64,000 bases of DNA from Neoechinorhynchus agilis (taxonomy: Eukaryota; Animalia; Acanthocephala): the NCBI GenBank assembly GCA_051530055.1, contig CM121341.1:2592128-2656127 (forward strand), given 5' to 3'. The notes under the pieces were generated by a model. It searched no databases, was not told where the DNA came from, and saw only the letters and a program-made list of their open reading frames with translations. Position 1 is the stretch's first letter. Each line of letters starts with the position of its first letter. A program made the position numbers and the translations under genes. Below are positions 22,925 to 35,290 of the stretch, piece after piece.

Positions 22925-24338
22925 CTAAGGTGAAAAATTAAGTGATAGTTAGATCGTACTTTGGGATGCGAGATTTTTAATGAAACGACCAAAAAAATTG
23001 AAGCAAAAATTGATTCAGGCCTCCAGCGATGAATAGTTCGTGATCTTGAACCTCATGTTTACTTCAATAAAATCGGTCAAAAAACAAAATTATAATAACA
23101 CGTCTAATTTTATTTAAAGTAGAGGAGCCGTGTACTCCGGATCCACGGGAACACTCAAACACCCATCAATAACGAATATTCTATATATCAAAAACCATTA
23201 AACATCTTTGTCGACAAGTTTACGATTCGTGCAACATTTTAGCTGCATTCAAAAGGCCAGGTTAACGTGCCATCGATTTCTTCTTTGAGTGTATTCGCTA
23301 TTTATACATATAGAATAAAGGTCAATAATATTTTAAGTTTAACGGAAATACAATTCGATGAAAATGTTTGGTCGGTGTTCGATAGTGCACATAGATTAAA
23401 AGTAGTTAAAATTGCAAACATTTAGTTATTCAAACCCAATCAATAATTTGTTTTTGATCGTGAGAAAATGAACAACGTTGCGTATTATAAAACATTTGCA
23501 AAGGACCGGAGACCTGAAGAAGTCCGACGAGACGGACGAAACATTGAGAATTCACTAGAAAAATGTTTTTAGAAGCAATATAAAATTTTAGTTAATTTAA
23601 TTATGATGTCCATCTTGTTATGAGATTTAAACGAACGCTCTGATGGAGAAATTCATGAGAATAAATTCAACATGTGATTCCACAGAATACAATTTAACGT
23701 TTTTACTCGCTTAGTATTTACACATTCATTCGGTTGAAACAATAAAAAGATTACGAAATACCATTTTTGCTCATGCCTTGAATTGAAATTTGTAACGTGA
23801 CTTTAGGCAATATGATATTTGAATCGATAAAGATTATGACAAAATAAAGTGCATTCTAAAAGTGTTAAGATTTGTAAATCATAAGGAATTATCTCGATTA
23901 GCGTTTGAGATATCGACAACAACATTTCTCAATAAGTAGGTTCTTTTCATTCAATGAAATGTCTATTAACTGCACAAATTCCCTTTTGTTTCTGAATATT
24001 CTTAAACTTTAATTTATCGTTGCTTTTGAGAGAGAGAGTTCCATTTCTAAAAATATGATGATAAAAGTAGATGAAAATAAATATTCAAATTTACGCTTCG
24101 ATCTTTTAGAATACAAAAGCAACTTATGCTTTTCGCATTAAACTCGTGTTCATATTTCCTCACCATAATCAATAAATTCGTACAAACTGTTTAATCGCGC
24201 GCATAAATAACTTATAATAGTGTTTCAGCTTTATAAAGGGAATTGATTATATCAGAGATTTGCTTATATAAATTAATACCCATCATGAAATTTTCAATAG
24301 CGGTCTATTACTTAAATTCACAAAAATCAAAGCAGTAT

Positions 24339-25330
24339 TTATTTGAAGCAAGTGCCAAAACATCGACAAATGTCCGAAATTCTGAACAATCGAATTGCAT
24401 AATCATGAAGGCCCACCAGCGCTGAATTGAGTGTCAGCGTTCTCTGAAAAGTATGTTTGAAGGGCGACAGTTGGATAAACTCGATCCCCGGGGGAAAGTT
24501 TAAACATACGATCCAGAATTGCCACAAATTTGTTGGATTTTGCGTATCTTGTTTTGTCGGGTAAACTAGGGGCATAAGGTTAATAATGCTGTCCAATGAC
24601 CCTATCGGTGGATGTAGCGCACTGCTGTTCAATGGAAAGATTCCTCTTTCTAATGGAGATTTCAGCATCCATCCGTCTCCGTTGATTGTATCATTATAAT
24701 ATAGCAATGTCCTTACTCCATTATCAAGGACCGTCTCATAATCATCACTCCCTGGAAACATTGGCCTGCTAACCGCCAGTTCCCCGATAGTGCAACCAAG
24801 GCTCCACATGTCGATTGATTTGGCGGTGGGTAAATCCACTATCAATTCCGAAGCGCGATAGTATGAAGTTTGGAAGTATCCATAAAGAGACTCTTGGTTT
24901 CGTAGCTGCACGGCATGACCAAAATTATTGAGTTTGAATTGTTCAGATTTACTTAGACAACTGACCATCATAATGCTGATTGGTTTGAAATCTCCATGAA
25001 CAATATTAAGATCTTTTAACTTCTCTAATTTTCGCAACATTTTGCATGCCAGGTAGAACAATCGATTGATTCGCATTGCTCCAAATGTGTTTACAGACAC
25101 ATTAAGGTCCATTTCGTAGTGTTCTGGAATAATGAACTGGTGACAACAATGCTTAAACATTTCGAGGGGAACTGTGATATTTGCTCGTTCAACCTCGGCT
25201 ACTTTTATTGCATTAAACATCTTGACTTCGCGATCATCCATTTAGAAGTTCAGAGTGGCGTTCTTTAAGATCTTAACTGCGAGGTTACGGTTGGATTCCC
25301 TCGGTTTGCGTTTGAGGATTTGCCTGCAGC
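24339..25330 (-). pseudogene. HIPK/DYRK-like kinase pseudogene, copy 2
   Basis: 300-aa ORF 25241-24339 with the same motifs. The AVKILK lysine lies upstream of the shared TAA, and the subdomain XI-like text is in another frame. Confidence 0.85.
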
Positions 25331-26536
25331 TGCACTCGCCAATTAAGTCTCCCGTGATAATATCGATGGTTTCTAATTTCAATTGGTCTCATATTTCAAT
25401 TGGTCTCCAATTTCAATCAAATTTTTAATGGGAAACACAACACTTTCTCTCCCTCAAGCACAACGCCTTAAAAATTTACTTCATCAAACGCCTCCGACAT
25501 TAAGGAATCCCTTCACCTGATCTACAAATTTTACTTCAGCTTTACTTTACCCTCGTCACCTACGGTTATCCCGCATTTTGCAACCTATCCAGATCTAAAA
25601 TCCGTCGTCTTGAAATTCTTCATAAAATAGCATCTGAAATTTGCACGGCTGAATAAAATTTTCATAAAACAATCAAAACGCCTCTCAACCCTACAACCAC
25701 AATTTCTTCCACATTTCGCTTCCTTTTCACACGAGCGCAACACTCGTAATCCTAATTCGTTTTATCTTCACTCGGCCTCCCCTACGCTCCTTTTTCAATG
25801 CTAGCCAATATTCTCGTATATCAGAACTTGAAATGAACTTGAGGAAAGACCATTGGCCCACCTTACATTCGCGATCCATTGATTCAACTGCTCGTCGACA
25901 AGGTCAATGAAACTAATCGCGAATTGTCGGAATCTTTTAGTTCTCGATTGAACTCTGGATAAAAATTAAATTTAGACGAAAATCCAGCCCGCCAAATAGT
26001 TTACCGCCCGTTTCGCTTTTTACAGACAATCCTTCAAATGTAGTTTTTGGTTGCCAATTCTATCGTTAATGTCATTTTCGAGCAACTCATGATGATAATG
26101 TCGTCGATATTCAGAACACCATTTATCCTAAAGAGGGTGAAATCGATGTGAATTTTAATGGGTCGCTTTTGACTGAAGTAAAAAAATGACCACCATCTTT
26201 ATTTTTTGGGAAATACTTTAAGGCTCGAAAATTACTGGACATTTAAGAGTGTTGGCTGTAAAATCTCAAAAAAATGCAGCTTCTCTGGGCTAACAATCGC
26301 GATCTAATCAGTTTGTTGCCGTTCTTAAAATCGTTTGCTCTATTCTGCCAAGTCATCGCCAGAGGATGATAAGATGATTGTAGGTTCTGAGAGTGGATGT
26401 CGGTCGTTTCCGAGTTTTGTAGTGTCGCAGTTGCGTCCATTTCTCACTTTTCCTTTCTCGTCCAAACTCAACGTTTCGTTATATCCACAACGGTACAGTT
26501 AGACGTCCGATAAAAAATAACAATTATTTGCTGAAA

Positions 26537-28225
26537 TTTTTTTTTCTTATAACATAATGAACATAGTTTCGTTTTCTTCAAATGTTATGTTTGTTCGGCA
26601 GCTTCCTTGATGGCCGCGGCATTGCCGCGTTGGATCGCCGCGCTGGTTCGCTGCAACCTGTTTGAAGCACACTCACCACCTCCCGCCAAATTCCAGCTTT
26701 TGTCCTTCCTATACCGTCGCCATCACGCTGGCAGCATTGCCTCGTTGTACTGCCAGCGAGATATTTTGTCGAAGGAATACGCCTGCTCTTGAGTCTCCGG
26801 TTGCCTCTCTCAATTTCTTCGAGACATCCTGGAGCAGAGAGTGTGCCGAGCTGCCAAGCGCTCCATACGTCTCTACCCCAAAGGGGACAAAATAGTGAGC
26901 CCTCGATAAGTGAAGATATTTCCGTATTTTCCTCCCTTCCGCTGCACTGGCGGCACCACCGGCGATTTCGAGGGAGTAGCGGAGGTTGCTGGCTGCGAGG
27001 GTGTCCACACACGTGGCGTCCCAGAGAAAGCATTTGCCCTCCCACCACGGGAAGACCGAAATTCCATCGGGCCTACGGCCGTCTAGTCGACAAAGGTGGG
27101 CGGGTTCCAGGATGTTCGGGAAGTTCGCCGCTTTCAACGCCCGAGAAATTGCGTTATTGATTTCAGAATGGCGTGAGAACCTTCCTGCTGACCTTCTGTA
27201 GACGAGACCGTGTCGCCCGAAAGCATCAACCAAAGACCCACATCGACAGCGATGGGGCGTGCATATCGGGAGACCAAGTTTTAAGGATACTGCGATCCTC
27301 GTTGCCTCATCAGTAAGAAGAGTTCCCACTGATGCCAGAGGAACAGCCTCCAACCACGCCCCAGATTCTCGTGTTGAAACTGCCAACAGTCTAGCTCCGA
27401 CGACCCCATCGCGAGAACCTGAAAGTAGAGAGCTGTAAACTCTCGCGATAAGAGGTCCGTCCCAGATCGACTGTCTGAGGTCATTCACGGGAGCATGGTT
27501 AGTTCCTGTCTGCTGGCACCATTCCTCAACCGCCACCACGAAATCCCGGACAAGACAGAACTTTTCCTTCAAAATTTTCTTCGATACTGCTAGGCTCCCC
27601 TCAAACGATCCAAGAAAGGCCGGCAAAGCAAGGTCCACTAGTGAGCGAATCCGCAATCCCCCAGATGACACAGGCAAACTGAGAAAATACTGGAAGGCTT
27701 CTGGGGCATGATCCCTAATTGCGTGGAACATCGTTTCTCCATTGGGAGAGTTATAGGCATTCTGAAAATCACACTTAAGAATCACGCACGGCTCTGAGAT
27801 TCTCGTAGCAAAGTTTCGGAGCGAGTGGACAATAGCTTCCGCCCCGCAGGATGTGCAGCAGCCCAGTTGGATTAGACGAAGTTGCTGTCCGGTTTTCTCG
27901 GTAATACGTTTGCAGAGAATTTTTCCTGCGAGTCGGCGTATCGTCGAAGGTACGGCGATGGGACGGATCCCACCTTCTTTTTTTGTGAGCGCACACAATG
28001 AGGCTAGGAAAAATAGGTCCTTTGCAACGGGGTTCAGGTCCACTCCAGTCAGGCGGTCGACTATTCGAGAAAGCGCACTTCCTAGAGAGAGCTGCTTCAC
28101 CAGTTGAAAAGGACATCATGTCCTTTAGGTGCTGAGGCCTTAGTCCGTCAAGCCCGTGACCCGAACCATTTGCAAAAGATGAGATGGCCTTTTGTAACTC
28201 TGAAATTTGACTGCTTAGCAAACAA
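26537..28225 (-). mobile_element. CRE-clade non-LTR retrotransposon, internally deleted, with poly(A) end
   Basis: SFANGSGHGLDG, KKEGGIRPIAV, QLGC, KCDFQNAYNS, then a direct jump to LPVSSGGL (QGDPL/YLDD core absent), followed by RHSEINN, RPDG, WDATC, RKIRKY, VPFGVETYG, QRGNAA. A T-run at about 26537-26546 is the minus-strand poly(A). Confidence 0.93.
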
Positions 28226-31200
28226 ATTGAAAGTTCAAGACATCATTAATGGATATCGAATAAAACAATTACGTATAATACTTGCCCACAATCCCATGTG
28301 AATTACTCAAGGTCCCAAAGTTTTGATTGGAATTTGCTAGGGGTTAGAAAATGCCCGTTTGCTGCCTGTATCTTTAATAAAGTTTTAGTTTGCCAGCGCG
28401 ATGTGTAGAGCAAACAGGGTGCGATAATCATAAAATTAATTTTCGCATTTTTAAGCCACCATTCTCACGAACACTAAAATTCTCGCATATCGACATCTGT
28501 ATTTATTTACAACTAAAATCTCTAACTCAATGGATTCTCAGTCATGACGTTCTGTTCCCCCGTCCACTTTCCAATGTATTTTAAGTCCGTATTGGGCTGT
28601 TGAAACATTCTCAATAAGACGGGCGATTGTGACAAGCCGATTAAATACAAAGTGTAATTTAACATGCCTTCATTTTTAATATTGTTATTGTTCATCGTCA
28701 TTAATGACGAATTAAGCTCAATTTGTTTCTTCACAGTTTTCGATCTTTTGTTTGTCGGTCGTTTACCGCTATTGGTATTGATTTTTCTTTTTCTATTACC
28801 GGTCGTCATTCTGTTATCCTACTCTTCCAAAACAAGATTTTTTGTTACATTCTCTACATCGTCCTTGGGCTTTGTCCTAACTCGGAATCATTGTGATTGA
28901 ATGCCTTTAAATCAAAAGGCGGTGGGAACGGAAAACAGCAAAAGTCTTATTGAAAAGGAGTTCCTTGTTAGGGTGTTTGTAGATGCCGGTCAGAAAGGAG
29001 TTAATCAAAACAATGAAATCTAGAAAGTACTCTTAGAGCTAAAATTATTGTCTGTTCTTCACAGAATCAGCGGGCGAATTGCTTTCAATCGACTGATTTT
29101 TCCCATTGTTCGCTATGATAACCTTTTATCAATTTATTAAAAAACCCTGAGTTTCAAAAGCTTTAAAGGAGCTGAAACGAACAGAACTCCCAAAATGAAC
29201 ATTTTTTCGATGTGGGCGTTTCGCTTAAAGTCGAGATGCGAAAAGAGCTATCCATCAGAATATAATGCCAAATCTTACTCCGTCAGAAGTATTCTAATAT
29301 ATTCGAAGTTTCAGAGGACTAATTATATAGCTACGCCCAATTCCCGTTGGGTTTTAGCTGAATTCCGAAGATCCAATGGAAATGCCGTCCGTTGGAAAGA
29401 AGGCCCCGAATTGTAGAGGAAATTATAGAACTGATTAACTCTTCGCTGTTACACTCGCGTATCAATAAAGCAAAATATTTGCGAATAAAAGAAAAAACCA
29501 ATTGCTAACAATCCGATGAATTGGTCGCTATGACAACTTTTGATCAATTTATTGAAATAAACCTTAGTTTTGAAAATTTCAAAGAAGCGACAAATATAAC
29601 TTCGGATTTCTCAGGATGCCGTATTCGTGGGCATCCCAATCCTTCGTTCGGGTTGGGGGGGTTCTTTAAAACGAAGGATTTCTCGGGATGCCGCTGTCGT
29701 TGTGCATCCCAATCATCAGTTGAAGGATTCTTCAAAGCGAAGGATTTTTTGAAATTTCGTCAAGCTAAAGGCGTGAAATATTCGGTACAATTCTTCTACC
29801 TTGAACTTCATGGACTAAGTTGATCAAGGCTTTTTTTAACGGATTGAAGACTTTAATTGCAAAGATTTAATAAATAAAATGTCTTTTGTAAGTTTTAGAC
29901 TTCTGGATCTAGAGTCGTTACTGTAAGCTACGATGTTGCAAAAGATGAGATGGCCTTTTGTAACAAAAAAGAAGATTTAAGATCATTCACACGGACCTCA
30001 ATTACAAAAAAGTTTTTAGCAATGAAGATTTTTGTAAAAATAATTGTCAATATCTACTTGCCAATCTAATGAAAAGTAGTTCGACAGCAAATTTAATACA
30101 TTTTTCATCTTTACTTGCGAGCTTTCGCCGTCTTACGGCTTCCTCAGGAATCAACAATGTGAAGTGTGTTCAACAAGCGGCATCGATGCGCAAAGTTCGC
30201 CGGTCCGTTCAGCAGTTCTGGGGCTTTGTCGAGCTTATGTTTTAGAACTCACTTTCGCATTGTCGACGGAAACATAATTCCCTTCCAGGATATTAATGCA
30301 TCGGCGATAATTCCACCCGGTCCGTGGCCACAAATTTAATTCGCGTGAAGAATATTACTTCGTCGTTGTTGCACTCTGGCTAGTAATTTGCCTTCTGTGT
30401 GGCTACAATTTTGGTCCGGATTCAATGTGTTCCGAACGTGTTCGGTCACACGTTGGCGAAAGCTCGGAAATAAAGATTTTTTTCGTTATCAGTATAACAG
30501 CCCGCCCAAATGTCCATTTAAAACGGAAACCTGGAATTCCGGCCGTTGTCATCTGTTCATTAGCAATCTTATTAAACAATGTGGCCAACCTCCGTAATGG
30601 ATTCCAGATTTTTGCTTTCCAGAGTTCCGTTCCTACATCATCAGGAGCCCCTACTAATCGTATAAAGATTGGAGCTCGACAATATCTTGCGTCTGTTGCT
30701 GTCGGGGTTTGACTAGCGGAAAAAGCTCACGATTATCACCTCCGATGTTGAACTTCTGCATAGTGGATCTCCCGAGCGGCCCAAACGGCTTCCTTCTTCG
30801 CAATCCGATATTTCTGTAAATTTGTCGGCGTTTTGTTTTCAAGAAAGATGTCTCTTCTTTTCGTGAATCTTCTTGTTAACCATATCAGCGCAGAGCAAGA
30901 GATCACAGTCAATAGAGCATTTTCCGGCCTTGGTGCATTCCAGAGACTTGCAAGTTTCGGAATGGATGATTTGCTTCCCTTCACGTTTCCTAAACTGCTT
31001 TGCGCCAAATCGCCACCATTTCGTTTGACTGGGGCCGTTTTTCCAAGTCTTTTTAAACCTGGGACAGAATACTAAAAGTCACCGTTATTCTTTTTCCTCG
31101 CATTGCTGTCTAATTCTGTCAAGATCAAAACTGTAGGACATTGTGCAATCCAAAACCCATTCATTATAGAGGTTTAAAAGACATGGAAAAACAAATAATT

Positions 31201-32319
31201 TAGCTTTGCAGGACCAAGGAAGGTAAGGGAGCAAACGCTAAGCCAAACAGTGACAACGAGTATATTTTTCATATCAAATTAAATAATCCAATACTTGTAA
31301 ATTTGAGTCAGAATATTTCACAGGTTACCAAAGAGCTTGGTTCTGTGCGTTTCTGAATGGACTCATTTGTTTGACTTTACATTGTGGTGCCACAAGTAAT
31401 TGTATTCTTTTTAGTTCGTCCAAGATATGAATTCCAACAAGTAACGCCGTCAAAATCCAGCACACCCAAAATAACTAAAATCGTGCCGAACTTTTATATC
31501 GAATAGAGACGCGATTTCGAGTGTGTGAAGAAACTTAATAGTTACGAAATACAGTCAGTTATAAGTTGCTGCGAAATTGAGAGTTTACCGATCGAAGGAA
31601 TTAAGTGTCATTACATTTTCACAGAAAACGAATTGAACAAGAACGCCAGGCAGCATTTTTAATTGAGCAATTCGATTATACACACAGTTCGCCTCTCGAA
31701 TAAAAGGATTCTGTTACACTGCATCTTGGGCGTTTCCAGTTCTCCTGAACTCGTCGTCGGGTTCTTAATGTAGAGCACTGGAGTTTCTTTATACGATGCT
31801 CTAAGTGGCTTTGTTTCTTCGGGACCTAAATGATTATTCAGGGTACTTTTAGAAAGTAATTTCAATGTTGAAAAGATCGATCTTCTGAGTTTGTCGCCTC
31901 ACTTATCATGGCATTGGCTTTGCCAAATTGATTTGAATTCTATACAAAAAATTGATGTTTCTGCGATTCGCGAATTGAACGCAATACTTAGATTATTGAT
32001 TTAGCACTAGCGGAGTGCTTTTGAGCTAAAAAACATACAATGAGAGGCCGCATCGACCGGCTTCTCAGTTCAAGTTTTGCAGCTTAACAAAATGTTCCGA
32101 CATCGCTCAACGACAAACCAAAAACAGCGTCAGCTTTTGCGATTGGCGAGACCATCGTAGGAATAATAACGGATGATAAGTTAATTTGGGATTACAACAT
32201 AATGTAAAATACTTTGACTGCCTGATTGATGCCGGAGGTGGCAGGTAGTTTGATAAATCTTGCTTCTTGCACTTAAATGTCCTTAGTAATTTTAAATTTT
32301 TCAATGTTTGCAAACAACA

Positions 32320-34231
32320 CCGAATTTTTTAGATTTTTAATTAAAGCCACGATGTGAATGGAACATGCCTACTAAACGACCTACGAGGGGCCCGGAGGAC
32401 TGGGCGTGTGGTGTGCGCGTTCATAATGCGCTTGATATGTCGCTGGTTCAACACCACCGGTCGCCGGGTTAAAGGGGAGTTGCGACGCTGCTGGAAGGGG
32501 TGGGGTTAGGTTTTGACATCGCCCATCGGCCCCAAAGGGGGTTGGCCCTGTTCCTTCGAGTGCGGCTGAGCGCCTCCGATGTGTGTTAGCCGAAAGGCTC
32601 AAAAGAATAAAGAAGATGTCACTGACCAACAAGTGTATGAGGCCTTGAAAAATTAGAGGATAAAAATTAAGAGTGATTCTTCGAATGGACATAACGCATC
32701 CGAATTTTTAGATTTTAATTAAAGCCACGATGTGAATGGTGCCTACTAAACGACCTGCGAGGGCCCAGTGGCCGTTTGGTGTGCGTTCCTGTGCGCTGAT
32801 ATGTCGCTGGTTCAACGCCACCGGTCGCTGGGTTTCACGGGTGTGCGAGGTTGCTGGAAGAGGTGGGGTCAGGATTGAGATCACCCATCGGCCCCAAAGG
32901 GGATTGGCCCTGTTCCTTCGAGTGCGGCTAAGCGCCTCCGTTGTGTGCAACCGAAAGGCTCAAAAAGGAATAAAGATGTCACTGACCAACAAGTGTATGA
33001 GGCCTTGAAAAATTAGAGGATAAAAATTAAGATAGATTCTTCGAATGGACATAACGCATCCGAATTTTTTAGATTTTTAATTAAAGCCACGATGTGAATG
33101 GTGCCTACTAAACGACCTACGAGGGCCCAGTGGCCGTTTGGTGTGCGCGTTCATAATGCGCTTGATATGTCGCTGGTTGAACACCACCGGTCGCTGGGTT
33201 TCACGGTTGTGCGAGGCTGCTGGAAGGGGTGGAGTCAGGTTTTGAGATCGCCCATCGGCCCCAAGGGGGGTTAGCCCTGTTCCTTCGAGTGCGGCTAAGC
33301 GCCTCCGTTGTGTGCAACCGAAAGGCTCAAAAAGGAATAAAGAAGAATGTCACTGACCAACAAGTGTATGAGGCCTTGAAAAATTAGAGGATAAAAATTA
33401 AGATAGATTCTTCGAATGGACATAACGCATCCGAATTTTTTAGATTTTTATTTAAAGCCACGATGTGAATGGTGCCTACTAAACGACCTACGAGGGCCCA
33501 GTGGCCGTTTGGTGTGCGCGTTCATAATGCGCTTGATATGTCGCTGGTTGAACACCACCGGTCGCTGGGTTCCACGGTTGTGCGAGGCTGCTGGAAGGGG
33601 TGGAGTCAGGTTTTGAGATCGCCCATCGGCCCCAAGGGGGGTTAGCCCTGTTCCTTCGAGTGCGGCTAAGCGCCTCCGTTGTGTGCAACCGAAAGGCTCA
33701 AAAAGGAATAAAGAAGATGTCACTGACCAACACGTGTATGAGGCCTTGAAAAATTAGAGGATAAAAATTAAGATAGATTCTTCGAATGGACATAACGCAT
33801 CCGAATTTTTTAGATTTTTAATTAAAGCCACGATGTGAATGGTGCCTTCTAAACGACCTACGAGGGCCCAGTGGCCGTTTGGTGTGCGCGTTCATAATGC
33901 GCTTGATATGTCGCTGGTTGAACACCACCGGTCGCTGGGTTCCACGGTTGTGCGAGGCTGCTGGAAGGGGTGGAGTCAGGTTTTGAGATCGCCCATCGGC
34001 CCCAAGGGGGGTTAGCCCTGTTCCTTCGAGTGCGGCTAAGCGCCTCCGTTGTGTGCAACCGAAAGGCTCAAAAAGGAATAAAGAAGATGTCACTGACCAA
34101 CAAGTGTATGAGGCCTTGAAAAATTAGAGGATAAAAATTAAGATAGATTCTTCGAATGGACATAACGCATCCGAATTTTTTAGATTTTTAATTAAAGCCA
34201 CGATGTGAATGGTGCCTACTAAACGACCTAC
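32320..34231 (+). repeat. ~370-bp tandem array (5 units plus a partial) with a tRNA-like head
   Basis: The marker ccgaattttttagatttt..taaagccacgatgtgaatgg recurs at about 32320, 32700, 33060, 33431, 33800 and 34171. The two outer units are more diverged. Confidence 0.95.
33124..33203 (+). ncRNA. tRNA(Met, CAT)-like structured element, one per repeat unit (SINE head or Pol III ncRNA)
   Basis: Closing stem ggcccagtggcc/ggtcgctgggtt; anticodon-like arm gcgcg-TTCATAA-tgcgc; T-arm gctgg-tt(c/g)aaca-ccacc; A-box-like TGGCCGTTTGG; B-box GTTCAACAC in the outer units; TTTT about 40 nt downstream. No canonical D arm. Confidence 0.5.
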
Positions 34232-34769
34232 AACAAAAATAATAAATTTCTATCATCTGTATTCTCATAACTATTTTTTTGTTCTTCCTTTAAACCAGAT
34301 CTTCAAGCGCCATCAACTTCCATAAATAATGGCGACCTCCTTAATTTTATTGAGAACCCCTAATTGAGATTCTACCCTTTGGCAGCGCTCTACATTGTAC
34401 CTTAGTTGATCGTTGAACATTGAAGATTATATCGTTATTGGGAGTGATTCCATCCTATACTCTAACTATCAGTGATTATTCCAACGTTGGAGGATCCAAT
34501 TAAGTCCTCTTTTGTCTATAAATTTTGAACCAATCATAAGTCCAAAGGAGGAGTGACTATCGGAGATTTAAGTGTACCCATGCCGCTCGCATCGTTTTTG
34601 CGGAAAAACATGGATAGATCCAATAAAGGCTTAAATTTCAGGTGGTATTATACTCGTCGAAATCAAGTCCAAGTGAAAAAACTCGATTTAGTTGTTCTAT
34701 GAAATGTCGACAATTTTACATCAATACTCTGGGCAGCGTTTATAAGGATGATATCAATAAATAGCTTAT

Positions 34770-35290
34770 TTAAACATCGTTTCGGTTATCCTCGCTCTTG
34801 AATCACACCGCTGTTGGAACCACAAGATCTCGGTACGTGAAGATCCATTATCCGCGAAAATTGCGTTTACTTTGCCTATCGCCAATCGTTTCTCCGTTAA
34901 TGATGATCGGCAAATCAGTGCTGCCCTGTGCATCTCAGCACAGATTGTCTGCTTCATTACCCAGCGATGATTGGAATCTCCATGCATGACTAGCCTTTTG
35001 GGAAACGGTTTGCTATACTAACTGAAATCAATGACCTGATTAACTTTGAAGCACAAATTCAGGAACGGCAGATAATTTGATGGTTGGTTTCGCGTCACCT
35101 TAATCTTTCAGTTTTATCCATAGAGATCAACTTCTTTTCCAAGTCATCGACCTCACAATCTTCTCTGTAGGTAGACGGTACATCATCCACAAAGCAGAGG
35201 TAAATTTGACTCGACGTTAAATGTGGGAATCATCGATGAGAATCATTGCAAAGATGAACGTAAGGCTGTTTCCCATTGACATTCAACGGA
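34770..35290 (-). mobile_element. Penelope-like element RT fragment
   Basis: Frameshifted FVDD, LPFLNL and YSKP, then MHGDSNH...K......HRAALIC...IFADNG, typical of the PLE RT C-terminal region. Confidence 0.7.

Larger units (their letters stand above)
21575..34359. repeat. Left arm of a large imperfect inverted duplication
   Basis: Reverse-complement matches: 21575-23266 to 60818-62511; 23267-26535 to 51255-54660; about 29965-30110 to 44790-44900 and 51160-51240; 30108-34359 to 40765-44279. Confidence 0.9.

Noticed and set aside
33124-33203. Functional canonical tRNA-Met or tRNA-Sec gene
   Set aside because: The D arm is absent, five extra nucleotides lie between the T arm and the acceptor strand, the B-box is mutated in most units, and the anticodon is not TCA.
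33060-33430. Hammerhead, HDV-like or twister ribozyme in the 370-bp unit (retrozyme hypothesis)
   Set aside because: No CUGANGA...GAAA core on either strand. The ttccttcg and cggccccaag look-alikes lack the required pairing partners.
32320-34231. CRISPR array, or protein-coding ORFs in the repeat
   Set aside because: The units are near-identical 370-mers without unique spacers, in a eukaryotic context. The short ORFs vary in frame between units.
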